From Octopus vulgaris (Eukaryota): a DNA stretch of 64,000 bases. Below the pieces are notes generated by a model, which saw nothing but the letters and a program-made list of their open reading frames with translations, had not been told where the DNA came from and searched no databases. Position numbers and translations under genes: made by a program. Numbering within the stretch: position 1 is the first letter of the stretch; the number at the start of each line of letters is the position of its first letter. Shown here one piece after another: positions 14,299-29,292 of the stretch. Location of the stretch: NCBI GenBank assembly GCA_951406725.2, contig OX597839.1:8184001-8248000 (forward strand). Reading direction: 5' to 3'.

Positions 14299-15030
14299 GT
14301 CAATGTATATAGATGTGTCTCTACTCCAGCAGTCCGAATCCTTTATGCCACTAAACACACAAACCCCCTGCTGTCGTATCTATAATATTTATATATCATT
14401 TTGTAGTTGTATTAATATTTTTATCAATGAACGCGTTTCTTTCTTCTCTTTTTTTATTCGTTTATTTATTACAGTATTTTTTTCTTCCTTTCTGTACAAC
14501 CCTTTTACAATGTGCTTTATGGCTTCAAAGGTTACATTAAGTCTGAATGGGAAACCTCTTTGCTTGGCTTATGTTTAGTGGTCAGGCTAGGGTCAGTATT
14601 TAAAGCCACATGAGTCTTTTATAAGTTCTATCTATTCGTGTTGACCACATGGCATATAAAATACTTTTATCATCAATATCGTCAATATTATTATTATCAA
14701 TATTTTTATTAACCATAAAAATTATTATCAATATTATTACAAACATTATTATACACATAATTATTATTCTCAGTTCTAGTTGTTGTTGTTGTTGCCCTTA
14801 CTATTATTATTATTATTATTATGATCGTCATCATCATCATCATCATTATTATTATTATTATCATCATCATCATCATTATCATCATCATCATCATCATCAT
14901 CATCAATCATCATTATTATTATTATTACGATCATCATCGTCGTCGTCGTCGTTGTCATCATCATCATAATGTTTCACTGCGTATGATGCAAACGTTTTTT
15001 TGTTTTTGTTACAAGTCTCTTTTCGAAACT

Positions 15031-15063
<33 letters not shown>

Positions 15064-15540
15064 ATTATCATTATTATTATTATTACGATCATCATCATCG
15101 TTGTCGTCGTCGTCATCATCTTCATCATAATTTTTCGCTGCGTATGATGCAAACATGCTTTGTTTTTTGTTTTTTTTTTGTTTTTTGTTTTTTGTTACAA
15201 TTCTCTTTTCGAAACTAGTACTTTATTTGATGAAATACAGTCTCTTCATAAATACCCGCATGTAGTTAACTTCATAAAGTTTGAAGAATACCCTTAGAGA
15301 GGCGAGCAAACATAAAAATAAAGCTCGTGTTTCATTTTTAGATAATTCGTATTTTTTGTTTTTGAGTCTCCACCACCCACACACTCAGGTCATCAATAAA
15401 GAAAATGGCTATGAAGGTTTCACGCATTGCGTACCAACCGAAAATGTACAAAATATCTTTCTCTCAAAGAAAATAATTTTTTTTAAAAAAACAAAAACAA
15501 AGCAGGATGATATTAACAACTGATAATGAAATTAGGAAAC

Positions 15541-15870
15541 GGTCTAGATGGCTGCTACGCAAGGATGCTACGAATGGCCCTAAACTATTAAATGGCCGCA
15601 ACATATGACAAACGAATGCATTTATGGAGACTTGCCGAACGTTAGCGAGATCAGGCGAAGCCGGCTGCGATTATTTGGTCACTGTGTGTGCCACCTTGAA
15701 CTGGAGGCATCCAAATTACTCTTGTGGAACCCACTTCATGGTGACATTAGAAGAGAAAAAATGTCGTCACACTTAAATTGACAACTTGATTGCAGACTCT
15801 GGCCTGGAATATATCGAGGTAGTGTTGATGAACCGAGAAGTAACTTTGGCCAGGGTTCGAAACCGGCCAC
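15541..15870 (+). pseudogene. RTE-clade LINE 3' ORF fragment
   Basis: LDGCYARMLRMALN..WPQHMTNECIYGDLPNVSEIRRSRLRLFGHCVCH..LLLWNPLHG. Confidence 0.75.
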
Positions 15871-15904
15871 AATAATAATAATAATAATAATAATGATAAT
15901 AATA

Positions 15905-16462
15905 ATCCTTTCTACCATAGGCACAAAGCCTGCAATTTGGGGAGGGGACCAGTCGATTACATCGACCCAGTGTCTCAATGGTACTTATTTCATCGACCCC
16001 GAAAGAATGAAAGGCAAAGTCAACCTCGGCGGAATTTGAACTCAGAACGTAGCGGCTGACGAAATACCTGTTTCTTTATTACCCACAAGGGGCTAAACAT
16101 AGAGGGGACAAACAAGGACAGGCAAAAGGATTAAGTCGATTACTGGTACTTAATTTCGCGACCCCGAAAGGATGAAAGGCAAAGTCGACCTCGGCTGAAT
16201 TTGAACTCAGAACGTAACGGCAGACGAAATACCTATTTCTTTACTATCCACAAGGGACTAAACACAGAGAGGACAAACAACGACAGACAAAAGGATTAAG
16301 TGGATTACATCGATCCCAGTGCGTAACTGCTACTTAATTTATCGACCCCGAAAGGATGAAAGGCAAAGTCGACCTCGGTGGAATTTGAACTCAGAACGTA
16401 ACGGCAGACGAAATACCGCTAAGCATTTCGCCTGGCGTGCTAACGATTCTGCCAGCTTGCCT
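15905..16462 (-). mobile_element. SINE family A trimer
   Basis: One head at ~16460 and three core units. The terminal unit has the type-2 tail with (tta)n. Confidence 0.85.
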
Positions 16463-16790
16463 CCTTATTCTTGCAATTTGCTGAAATTGTTTGGAGCGAG
16501 TTCCAGTTTGCAGGTTACCGATTCTCTTTTGCGAACCGTTAAAATGCCGGACAAAATGTTTTGCGGTATTTCTTCCGGCACCACTGTCTGAGTTCAAATT
16601 CCGCAAATGCCGACTTTATCTTCCATCATTTCGGAATTGACAGAATAAGCTCCAGCTGAGCATTAGGGTCGATATAATCGTAAAGTCCACTCCCGCAAAA
16701 TTTCAGGCACTGTGCCTAGAGTAGAGAGCATTATCGTTATCATCAGCATCATCAATATCCCTATCTTCATCATTATCAATAGAAATACTA

Positions 16791-16860
<70 letters not shown>

Positions 16861-16966
16861 CACTACTACTACTACAGGATAGGGATTGTACTCCCCATGA
16901 AATGTCAGCCTAGAGGCAAAATATATTGGGCTTCGGTATGGTAATTATATTCTCTGATTTAGAGTT

Positions 16967-16999
<33 letters not shown>

Positions 17000-17401
17000 T
17001 ATATATATATATACATATATATATATATGTATGTATATATGTACGTACATATATATATATATATATATATATATGCAGGTGTGTATGTGTGCTACTCTAA
17101 AATATGTATGTATATACATATATACATGCATACGTGTATACACACAAACACATATATGTATATATACATACATGCATACATACATGTATACACATATATA
17201 TATATACATAGATATAGATATATATATGTATGTGTGTGTATCTATATATCTATATATATATATATATATATACATATGTATATATATATACATATGTATA
17301 TATATATATAAATATATATATACATGCATATATACATATATATGTATGTATGTATATATGTATCCATGTATAAATGTACATATATATATATATATATATA
17401 T

Positions 17402-17453
<52 letters not shown>

Positions 17454-18215
17454 TATTGTATATATCTGTATGTATGTATCTACATATGTATGTATAGATA
17501 AAGCATGGATTATTTGCAGCTGGAGCACATTAGGTCATTCACAGGTCATCTCTATTATGACTGGACATGATCTAAAGTATAAACAGCAAAAACAGCGACG
17601 CCAACATAAATACTTACACCAAATAAATAAATAAATAAATAAATAAATAGATAAATAAACAAATAAATAAATAAATAAATAAAGACTGAGGTGACCTGCT
17701 TCCTTCTTAGCTTGTACATATCTGGTCCGAGCAGACCAAACCAAGTCGAACGGAACGTAATCGAAAGGAGAAACGAAGCGCGACTCTGAAAGCAAATAAG
17801 ATAGCGTTATGTCAAATTGGCTCCATCCCACCTCTCTTTCTCTCTCCATCTCTCTCTCTCTATCTCTCTCTCTCTCTCTCTCACTCTCTCTCTCTCTTTC
17901 TCTTTCTCTCTCTCTGTCCTCCAATATGGCCGGCCAACTGGTCATTGACAACGCCATGCACCCCAAAAACATTCGGACATATTACTACTTTTGCTATTCA
18001 TTTCTAAGCTACAATGAAGTATGATGTAATGTGTAAGGCACATACACGCGCATTCAAAACCTATTTATGGGCCTCAGTGTTCGCACATATACACAAACAC
18101 AAAAGTGACACAGTCTGTGTCAGTGTGTGCATATTTATGTATACGTATATGTATGTATATGTATATATATATATATATATATATACATACATACATACAT
18201 ACATACATACATACA

Positions 18216-18251
<36 letters not shown>

Positions 18252-18348
18252 TATAGACACACGCACATATATTGTATAAACATACATTCATACATTTATG
18301 TATGAATACCTATATATATATATAAAGAGAGAGAGAGAGGGAGGGATA

Positions 18349-18392
<44 letters not shown>

Positions 18393-18417
18393 CATACATT
18401 CATACATATATATATAC

Positions 18418-18450
<33 letters not shown>

Positions 18451-18519
18451 CATACATACATTCATACATATATATATATATATATATATACATACATACA
18501 TTCATACATATATATATAC

Positions 18520-18550
<31 letters not shown>

Positions 18551-18562
18551 CATACATACATT

Positions 18563-18600
<38 letters not shown>

Positions 18601-18613
18601 CATACATTCATAC

Positions 18614-18662
<49 letters not shown>

Positions 18663-18670
18663 CATACATT

Positions 18671-18710
<40 letters not shown>

Positions 18711-18727
18711 CATACATACATTCATAC

Positions 18728-18772
<45 letters not shown>

Positions 18773-19097
18773 CATACATACATTCATACATATATATATA
18801 CATATATATATATATATATGTATACTTACGGTACAAGAGCGAATGTGAAAACATTTATTCATTCTCCGAAGAATGGCATTAATGAAATTTTCTGATCTGT
18901 TTTTTGCGATGTCACAGACTCTATGTTGTATGCAACGATGGCTCTGACTTGGAAAGCAAAGGTGTCATACAGAAAGGAGACTTGTATGCAGAAATAAAGG
19001 TGTTGGCATTCAAGAAAGACCTGGCGTAGACATGCCTCTTGCGGAGGAATTTGTCAGGTGCAGAGATTCAAACGAGCTGTTTCTATTACCTACTCTC

Positions 19098-19178
<81 letters not shown>

Positions 19179-19280
19179 CTATCTCTTGTCCCTCTCTCTC
19201 TCTTACCGCCGTTCTCTCTGTCTCTGTCTGTGTGTGTTTGTGTGTCTGTCACGTACTCTCTCTCTCTCTCCCTATATACA

Positions 19281-19347
19281 GTTACGGGGACGTAAACACA
19301 CCAGCATCGGTTGTCAAGCGATGTTGGGGGAAACAAACACAGACACA

Positions 19348-19441
<94 letters not shown>

Positions 19442-19600
19442 TATATACGATGGGCTTCTTTCAGTTTCTGTCTACCAAATCCACTCACAAGGCTTTGGTC
19501 GGCATGAGGCTATAGTAGAAGACAGTTGCCCAAGGTGCCACGCAGCGAGACTGAACCCGGAACCATGTGGTTCGTAAGCAAGCTACTTACCACACAGCCA
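19281..19600 (-). mobile_element. Bipartite SINE family C with internal (TA)n(TG)n
   Basis: Both arms match 24235-24630. Confidence 0.85.
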
Positions 19601-21302
19601 GGTTGAGGATTTACTACCGAGTCAGTTTGAAGTATGCTTACTGCCATTGTGATAAGACGAAATAAGGAGGGCGCCTTACAAAGCTTAAGATGTACATTTT
19701 TTGATAGCTTAGTTGGTAGAGAAGAGGACAATAGTCTTTATAGATATTCTATAACCTTAACAAGTGATGTAAAACGCACTGCTAACACAGTAGGACATGG
19801 TATGAGCTTATAAAAACGTTTGATATATTTTATAGTATATTATGGTTGCATAAGGAAATACCGCGTCCCTACAAGTCATTAATAGTGGTCTTATATATAG
19901 CTACAATCCTTAGATCGATGATTCAAATCAGTCTTGAGAGATCATAATTTCTTAGGCGGCGGAATAGCAGAATTACGATGACGAGTATTCCAGTTGATTC
20001 GATCAACGGAACAGCCTGTTCATGAGATTAAAGTTGAAGTGGTTGAGCACCTCACAGACACGCGTACCCTTAAAGTAGTTCTCAGGGAGATTCAGTGAAG
20101 CACGGAATGTATTGAGGGTGAACCTTTGAAATACAGGTACGAGTCATTTTTACCGCCTGAGTGAACTGGAGCAATGCGAGGTGGAGTGTCTTGCTCAAGG
20201 ACACTACGCTCGTTACTTCGTATTAGTTTTATTGTTGGTGAAGACATGGATCGTTTCTTTGATAATTATATGAGCGTGGATTAGTGGTTAGTGTTTGGAA
20301 TCACAATTCTCAGTTTGTGGTTTCGATTCTTGTGCCAGACTGTAAGTGTCTCCTTGAACAAGGGACTACATTTTACATGGCTCAGCTGAAAATCAAAGGC
20401 AGATAGGGATCAACCCTACGGCCGAGTAGAGTTCTCCTCAAACCCTGGACAGATTTTTCAAATAGGAGCGCAGTTAATATTAATATAGGATGAATTTCAG
20501 AATTTTGTAGGTGTTGTTCTTAACGTCGCTGTTACAGTTGTCTGCTTGAGATACATAGGACCAAAGGCCTTCCAACCGTGACCACCGAAATTGTATACCT
20601 AGAATTATATTACCCAAAGTGTCATATGTACATATACAAACATATATCCAGGTATACGTAAATTAGCGGTGATCAGCACTTGGGCAGATCCGGTGCAGGT
20701 GAACCTTTTCCAGTGCTCTCTCTATACGACCTGGGATGGGGGCTGTAACCAATCCTGCTACCGTTTAGCAGCATTACTGGAACTACGGCTGCCATGACCA
20801 GACTTGGGATGAATTCTGGGGAGGTTACCCGTTGCCTTCACCAGGCAGGTGGGATTTGAACTCAGGATGTAGAACCCCGGAAGATGATATATATATATAT
20901 ATACCGTAAAGCATTTCTGTTGATGAACAACGATTTTCCCACTCTCCCACCTGTAGAGCAACGTGAAATAAAGTGTTTTGCTCAAGACCCCAACGCGCCA
21001 CCCGTCCCGGGAACCGAACTCATGATCGCTAGATCATAGTTGCAACATACTAACCACTAGGCCACGCGTATATACATTGCTAAATATACTTATATACACA
21101 TATATATATATATTAATATATTCGTATATATATATATGTACACATATATATTAATATTTATGTATATATTGATATGCATATAGATAGATATATAGATAAA
21201 TATATATGCATATGTAATATGTCTCTATATATGTATGTAGATGTAGGCATATATATATATATATACATATATTATATGAATATATATATAGGTATATATA
21301 TA

Positions 21303-21342
<40 letters not shown>

Positions 21343-21816
21343 CATATGTATGTATTAATCATCATAATTATGCTGATAGTAATGAAAACCGTTCTTACAT
21401 GTTGACAATGGTAATTATATACGCTAGTGTTAATAATTATCGTAGTCATGATAGAAGTTTAGGTAATTATGGTGGAGGCGCTGGTGGTGGGGAGTGTGAT
21501 CCAGGTGATGATGATGATGATGATGGTGGTGGTCATGGTGATCATAGTGGTGGTAGTGATATTATGTTTGTGTTTGTGGTGGCCACTATCTTGTTGATGT
21601 TTTGATTGTGGCGTCGATAAGGAGAGATGCGGTTATGATGGTGCATTGTAAACCGAGTGAAATGTTAAGTGGAGTGTAACATTAAGATAATATGAAATAG
21701 CGATACAGCTAAGATGAAATAACCATTACTAATTGAAAAAGAATTATCAAACCTATCAATGGATTAAAGATTGTTTCTCATTAGACGATCAAATTACAGA
21801 TAAGATTGCTCCCTTG

Positions 21817-21854
<38 letters not shown>

Positions 21855-21901
21855 GTGTGTGTGCATGTTTGTGTGTGTGTGTATATGTTTATTCATTGTT
21901 G

Positions 21902-21960
<59 letters not shown>

Positions 21961-22139
21961 ATGCATACAATTATATATGTTATAAGTGTATACATATATA
22001 TGTGTGTGTGTGTATATACATATATATGTATGTGCCTGTGTGAATATGTATATATGTATAATGCATTCATGTTTCTGTATATATGGCGCATCTATCTCTC
22101 CACTACTTTTCTTATATATATATATACATACATACATAC

Positions 22140-22283
<144 letters not shown>

Positions 22284-22499
22284 TTAATTTATGCATGATT
22301 TTATGTATACGTGCGCACTCACGTCCGGGTGTGCACGTATGTCCGCATAATGATCATAAAATATATGGATTGATACACCATAAATAAACTACAGCCTCCA
22401 TATGTGTGCGCTTGTATGGGAGAGAAAGTGAGACCGAGCGCGTGTTCGTGAATAGCACCGTAATTACATTTGTATAATTGTATAAATATACATTAGCGA

Positions 22500-22530
<31 letters not shown>

Positions 22531-22557
22531 AATATATATATACAAACATATATGTGC

Positions 22558-22596
<39 letters not shown>

Positions 22597-22601
22597 CATA
22601 C

Positions 22602-22696
<95 letters not shown>

Positions 22697-23628
22697 CATA
22701 CATACACACGTATGTGTTTATGTATATGAGCGGGAGTCGGTGTGGGGGGGGTAGGAAATGAAGATTCTTTATCAAGGGACCAATCGTTGAAGAAGACAAA
22801 GGGTCCAGTAATTTTTCGTTTTTCTGGGGGTTTTTTTGTTGTTTTTTTTTGTTTTTTTTGCAGTTTTTTTTTTTATAGGATGCAAAATAATGGTGGAATA
22901 TTTTGATGCTAACGGCCAGCAATGATAGCGGCAAAACTGATTAGACAGATCGATATGCTATCAACACTGATTAAATCTATTATTCCCAGCTTCTCTTTCT
23001 TAAATTATGTCTTTTTATTCCTTTTTCTATCTTGTTTTCTTAATTTCCTTTACCAATTATTTTTGATATATTTTTATTTATTTATTTTTTTGTTTGTTTG
23101 TTATATCGTACGTTTTGTTCCTTTATCTATTTCAGGAATTTTGCCGATTTCTTTGTTTATCTTCAATTTAGACTTGGTTTAGGATGGAAATGTTTTGGGA
23201 GTTTTGGGAGATGGTGTGAGAGAAGGGCAAAATGGTTCTTTAAGCAAACTCTTTAGTTTTGGTTACATTTTATTTCTTTGTTTTTGGGGGGTTTTTTGCA
23301 GCTTTTTCATCTGCGCTACTACCCATCCCACGCTGCGTATCCACCTCACGCTATGTACCCATCCCTCGCTACGTACCCGCTCCACACCCACGTTCTAAAC
23401 GAACCCTCCTGTGAATCTTTTCACTTTCGAATGGTCTCCTAGAAATAACAGCCAGTCATGTTTGCCAAACTAAATTAGATCCTACCACTAAAATTAAACG
23501 GAAATCAGTATGGATGCATCGGAGATTGTAATCATAGATGTGAAAAATAAGGGATGGTCATGGCTGGTTTGCCTTTGTTCATAGTTCCGGCTGAACCCTT
23601 GTAAACCTAGTCATAAGCAACAACAGCA

Positions 23629-23950
23629 GGAGGCGCAATGACCCAGTGGTTAGGGCAGCGGACTCGCGGTCGGAGGATCGCAGTTTCGATTCCCAGACCG
23701 GGCGTTGTGTGTGTTTATTGAGCGAAAACACCTAAAGCTCCACGGGTTTCCGGTAGAAGTGATGGCGACCCCTGTTGTACTCTTTCGCCCCAACTTTCTC
23801 TCACTCTTTCTTCCTGTTTCTTGTCCCCGACTTCGCTGAGCCTGGATGCGCATTCATCCATCCGTCGATGCTCTTGGTGTCGGGGGTTGACCTGCTTTCT
23901 CTTCTGCGGGTCTTACGAATAGCAAAGGACCACGTTTCGGACTTTTCCCA
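23629..23950 (+). mobile_element. SINE family B with alternative 3' tail
   Basis: Head and body match family B to ~23822, followed by an unrelated tail. Confidence 0.8.
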
Positions 23951-24234
23951 CTACAGACAATCCTGAGGTGCGATACATGTGTGTGGGTGTGTGTATCAAA
24001 GTGTGACAAAATGTTGGTTTCAAATTTGGCACATGACTAGCGATTTTGTTGGGTAAGTCGATTACATCGACTCCAGCACTCAACGGAATTTGAATTCAGA
24101 ACGTATAGACGAGCGAAATGCTGATAAGCATCTTGCCCAACGTGCTAACGATTCTGCCAGCTCGTCGACTTATATAGCCGCTCCAAATATTAGATATTCG
24201 TCAAAAATTGTTTACACTATTCTACACGTTCTTC

Positions 24235-24630
24235 ACGCAGGAGTGGCTGTGTGGTAAGTAGCTTGCTTACCAACCACATGGTTCTGGGTTCAGTCCCATT
24301 GCGTGGCACCTTGAGCAAGTGTCATCTACTATAGCTTCGGGCCGACAAAAACCTTGTGAGTGGATTTGGTAGATGGAAACTGAAAGAAGCCTGTCGTATA
24401 TATGTATATATATATATGTATGTGTGCGTATATGCTTGTGTGTCTGTGTTTGTCACCCCAACATCGCTTGACAACCGATGCTGGTGTGTTTACGTCTCTG
24501 TAACTTAGCGGGTCGGCAAAAGAAACCGATAGAATAAGTACAAAGAATAAGTCCTGGGGGCGATTTGCTCGACCAAAGGTGGTGCTCCAGCATAGCCGCA
24601 GTCAAATGACTGAAAGAAGTAAAAGAGTAT
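24235..24630 (+). mobile_element. Bipartite SINE family C, full length (probably octopus OK-type)
   Basis: A box TGGCTGTGTGG, B box GGTTCAGTCCC, internal microsatellite, right arm ending (gtaaaaga)n. Confidence 0.9.
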
Positions 24631-24716
24631 CCTCCATTGCGCTTCGTATCTCTTATCTCACAAAATTTACTTGTGCTGTGATCATGAGTATATTATTATC
24701 TTAGTTTAATAAGCCA

Positions 24717-24920
24717 CCAGGCTTATCAAAAATAATTATTAGCGGCAGAAACAGTATTAATACAAAAAGGAAATCTTTATAGCCAATTTAGCGTAGACGA
24801 ATTGGTTGAGCAACGAATACTGCGTAATTAACTATGAGAGGGGACCTCTTATATGAGCGCATAGCATTAGGTATTAATACCGCTTCTGTCGCAAATAATT
24901 ATTTTATAATAAGCCTACTG
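24717..24920. mobile_element. MITE-like element with ~47-bp imperfect TIRs
   Basis: ccaggcttatcaaaaataattattagcggcagaaacagtattaatac / gtattaataccgcttctgtcgcaaataattattttataataagcctactgg. Confidence 0.65.
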
Positions 24921-25010
24921 GTTAATTGCGTGATCAGTGTCTGAAAAGTCACGGTAATTCTATATATCGCTGGCAGTTAGATTTGGCTGGTATGCAGTGA
25001 GCGGACAGTC

Positions 25011-25052
25011 GTCACTGAAGAGACGGGGCACGTCGAAATCATGTGATCTGGC
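25011..25052 (+). ncRNA. Minimal type I hammerhead ribozyme
   Basis: gtca-CTGAAGA-gacg(gggca)cgtc-GAAA-tc(atgt)ga-TC-tggc. Canonical core with all three stems pairing and an AUC triplet. Confidence 0.75.
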
Positions 25053-25263
25053 AGTGTGTGTAGCAGACGATTCTCGTCTATTAGCGTTATAAATATGTGT
25101 AGTTTTATGTACAATGCGTCAATATGAGAGGTTTTCTCAAGGTAAATAATGCCGTACTCGGCGCTCTAACAATACATCCATTCTTAATTGAATATAAAGA
25201 TTGCATGTTTAGGACATCGTAACCATAAAAATATGCTGTGTGACATTGTCAAATAAAATGAAA

Positions 25264-25563
25264 TCTTTATATATAAAACTGAAGTTGTGTGTCTGTCTCC
25301 TCCGTATTAGATTCCTAACTACTCCCACATTTTGCGGTGCAGTTTAACCAAAAGCGGGTATCTTATAGTCGTGATTCATATCGAGCCCTTCTGGGTATTA
25401 GCGCGCGTCTACAATGAGTCTACGATTTAAAAAAAAATTTACCATCATTTTTCCGCATTTTTAATCCATTTTTGCTCGATTTTTATAAGGGAAGTAACTC
25501 TCTAAAAATGCTTATATAGTTATTTCCCTTACAAACCCGAGCAACGCCGGGCGATACTGCTAG
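25264..25563 (+). mobile_element. Non-autonomous Helitron
   Basis: A|TC start, subterminal hairpin cccgagcaacgccggg, CTAG|T end, no TSD. Confidence 0.85.
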
Positions 25564-25814
25564 TAGATTATAAATTTTGAGGATTATAAATTTTGAGTGT
25601 CAATATACACTCCAGATAATATTAACATCCAGCGAAGTGAACTCGGAATTACCCATCAGAAGATTTTACAGCGTGATTGACAACTCCAAGTAGTTATAGG
25701 TGTTAAATACTAATCGATGCGGTTAGTTATAACCTGGAACATAACAGAAAGCTACTAGGTAAACAGCAGGATAATATATCCATTTAAATTCACATTAATA
25801 TATACAGCCGCCAT

Positions 25815-25997
25815 GACTGACCGCTAGTCGCGAAAGCTTTTTTTTTATTCTCTCTGTTAATTTTCCTCTGTTCCTTTCTGTTGAAGAGCATAGGCTCGAA
25901 ACATAAAAGACTTTCTCGCATTCCCTAGCGTTAAACTAATACACCTGTTTGTTGTTTATACACCTGTCTTCATCGTTTTTTTTTTGTAAATTCTAAC
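25815..25997 (+). mobile_element. ~180-bp element with hammerhead-like motif (25874-25909), copy 2
   Basis: cttt-CTGTTGAA-gagc(atag)gctc-GAAA-ca-TA-aaag. Homologous to 421-597 and 39946-40152, followed by (GATA)n. Confidence 0.7.
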
Positions 25998-26062
25998 TAT
26001 AGATAGATACAGAGATAGATAGGTTGGCTAGATGGATAGATATATAGATGGATGGATAGATG

Positions 26063-26156
<94 letters not shown>

Positions 26157-26157
<1 letters not shown>

Positions 26158-26310
26158 CATCATCATCATCATTGTTCGACCGTGGTCGAGACAATGGAAT
26201 TTACCATGCTACGCCAGACTTCACGGTCCATCATGGCATTACGGAGGTCCTGTTGCTGGATGCCTGTATCCCTGGAGATTACATCAAGGTAGGAGAGTGT
26301 GCGCCCTCTG
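26157..26310 (-). mobile_element. RTE LINE 3' end with (TGA)n tail, inserted in (GATA)n
   Basis: [46 protein letters not shown]. Confidence 0.75.
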
Positions 26311-26379
26311 GATAGATAGATAGATAGATAGGTAGGTAGGTAGGTAGGTAGGTAGGAGGTAGGTAGGTAGGTAGGTAGG

Positions 26380-26417
<38 letters not shown>

Positions 26418-26752
26418 TAGGTAGGTAGATAGATAGATAGATAGATAGATGTGGTGAAAGGCATTAGCACGACTGTGTGATTAAAATGTAGACCCGTCGA
26501 GCTCTTATAAAGAGTAAGGTGTCTTGATGCGGGTTTTGATATCTACGGAGTGGATTTCCTCTACAGACCAATCAAGTAACCCAAATGTTGGGATCAGCAC
26601 ATTGTGGGATATTGTTTTGTTCTAACAGGAGAGTTCCGACTGCCATATTTTCCTAAGTCTGGTGTAATATTCTCGGGTCAATCTATCTTTATTCCTAGTG
26701 CCTTCACATGACTCATTTTCATCTATGCCTAGGTACTTGTAACATTTTTTGT

Positions 26753-26799
<47 letters not shown>

Positions 26800-26845
26800 T
26801 GTAGTAGTAGTAGTTGTTGTTGTAGTAGTAGTAGTAGTTGTTGTT

Positions 26846-26880
<35 letters not shown>

Positions 26881-26905
26881 TGTAGTAGTAGTAGTAGTAG
26901 TTGCT

Positions 26906-26949
<44 letters not shown>

Positions 26950-27066
26950 TGCTGTAGTAGTAGTAGAGGTAGTAGTAGTAGTAGTAGTAGTAGTGGTAAT
27001 GGTAGTAGTAGTAGAAGTAGTAGTAGTAGTAGTGGTAGTAGTAGTAGTAGTAGTAGTATCAGTAGT
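26753..27066. repeat. (TAG)n trinucleotide repeat
   Basis: Source of the poly-V, poly-S and poly-T pseudo-ORFs. Confidence 0.95.
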
Positions 27067-27162
27067 TCTTTCCACTATGGGCACAGTGCTTGTATAGGTT
27101 GCTAGTCGATTAGATCGGCCCCAGTGACGGCTCGTGGCTAAGTGGTCAGTGTATTCAGCTCA

Positions 27163-27540
27163 GACTTCGCCTGTCTCTGCGGCCCCTTCCATCTGTCCTT
27201 CTGCAACGGCGCTTGCGGTGGTTTAGCCATGCATGTAGGCATCCGGTGGGTGAACTGTGCCGTGACGTCCTTCTCCCAACTCCACTTCCCAACTGGCGGA
27301 AACGCGCGGGCAGGCAGCTGAAGACCTGGGCTACGACGATCAAGGAGGACCTCTCCGTGCTCACGGGTCCGCAGGTGGTTGGCCTGCGCCGATGGAACCG
27401 TGACTGGCTCGCTATCTCCAGTGAACTGGCGCAAGACCGTCGTGCGTGGGCTGCCATGGTTCGAGATGCCTCAAGGGTAGTAGAAGAAGCCGACTCAACC
27501 CACCCAGGGTGATTGTCGCCACAAGTACAAGTACAAGTTA
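27163..27540 (+). mobile_element. 5'-truncated RTE LINE with 12-bp TSD
   Basis: RRLRWFSHACRHP..WRKRAGRQLKTWATTIKEDL..LAQDRRAWAAMVRDA, (CAAGTA)n tail, TSD gtattcagctca at 27151 and 27541. Confidence 0.88.
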
Positions 27541-28164
27541 GTATTCAGCTCACATGTTTTAAGATCCTGAGTTCGATTCTCGGTGGTGTGTTGTGTTGTT
27601 GAGTAAGCCACTTTATTTCAAATTGTTCCAGTTTACTCAGCTGGCAAAAATGAGTAGTACCTTTAAATCAAAGAGCCAGCCTTGTCTCACGCTGAACATC
27701 CCTGAGAACTACGTTAAGTGTACATGTGTCTGTGGAGTACTCAGCCATTTGCACGTTAATTTCCCGATGAGGCTATTCCGTTGGGCGGAACAACTGGAGG
27801 ACGCGTCGTCGAAACCGGCGGAGTGCCAGAACAAAAAGACATCGACCCCTATGACAAATTGGTACTCGTTTCGTCGGCCATGAAATGATGAAAGGCGAAG
27901 TTAGCTTTAGCGGGATCTTCAACCCCAAAGGAAAATAAAAAACGGAAGAAATAACTCAAGGCATTTTGTCCGATGATCTAACGATTGTTCAAGCTTGTCG
28001 ACTGATGTTAGTAGATTTTCATTTAACATGACCCACAACCAAATAAATATATACGGTCTTGTGTCTTTTGTAAAGTGTATATATAGCACACACTCGCTGA
28101 AACATGCACACACATATGCATATACACATTATATATGTGTATATATATGTATATATATATATAC

Positions 28165-28490
<326 letters not shown>

Positions 28491-28609
28491 CGATACACAG
28501 ACATATACAAATTTATATAAAGACACAAATGCATACATACACACACACATGCGCACAAACATATACCTATATATATATATATATACACACACGCACACAC
28601 ACACACACA

Positions 28610-28649
<40 letters not shown>

Positions 28650-28977
28650 TACAGAAGTACGTACGTATACATCACATCCATATTATGTTAGTGACTGAAT
28701 GTTTATGTACAGACAGATAATAAAATATACTACCCCTACTACTACCGCTACTGTTGTTCCTGCTGTTGCTGCTGCCACTACTACTACTACTACTACTAGT
28801 AATAATAATAATAATAATAATAATAATGATAGTATTGCTGCCGCCACCACCACTGCCAGTTTTTAACTCAAGCCATTAATTCTCATAATATATACCAAGA
28901 AAAACAAAATTTACAACCACACGCTCTGTTTTTAGTCCTCACGTTTTATACCCATTTGTTTCATTTCTCCCGCTCTC

Positions 28978-29013
<36 letters not shown>

Positions 29014-29065
29014 TACATACATACATACATACATACATACATACATACATACATACATACATACA

Positions 29066-29101
<36 letters not shown>

Positions 29102-29260
29102 TATTCACACATATGTGTCTCTGTGTCTATGGATAAAAAAGTAAAGTCAGTCACCACATTCTTGCGAGTTTACAACTAAATATCATATATGTATACATAT
29201 ATATAAATTCAACTAGCTTTTATATGTGTATATATATATATATATATATAATGTAATATC

Positions 29261-29292
<32 letters not shown>

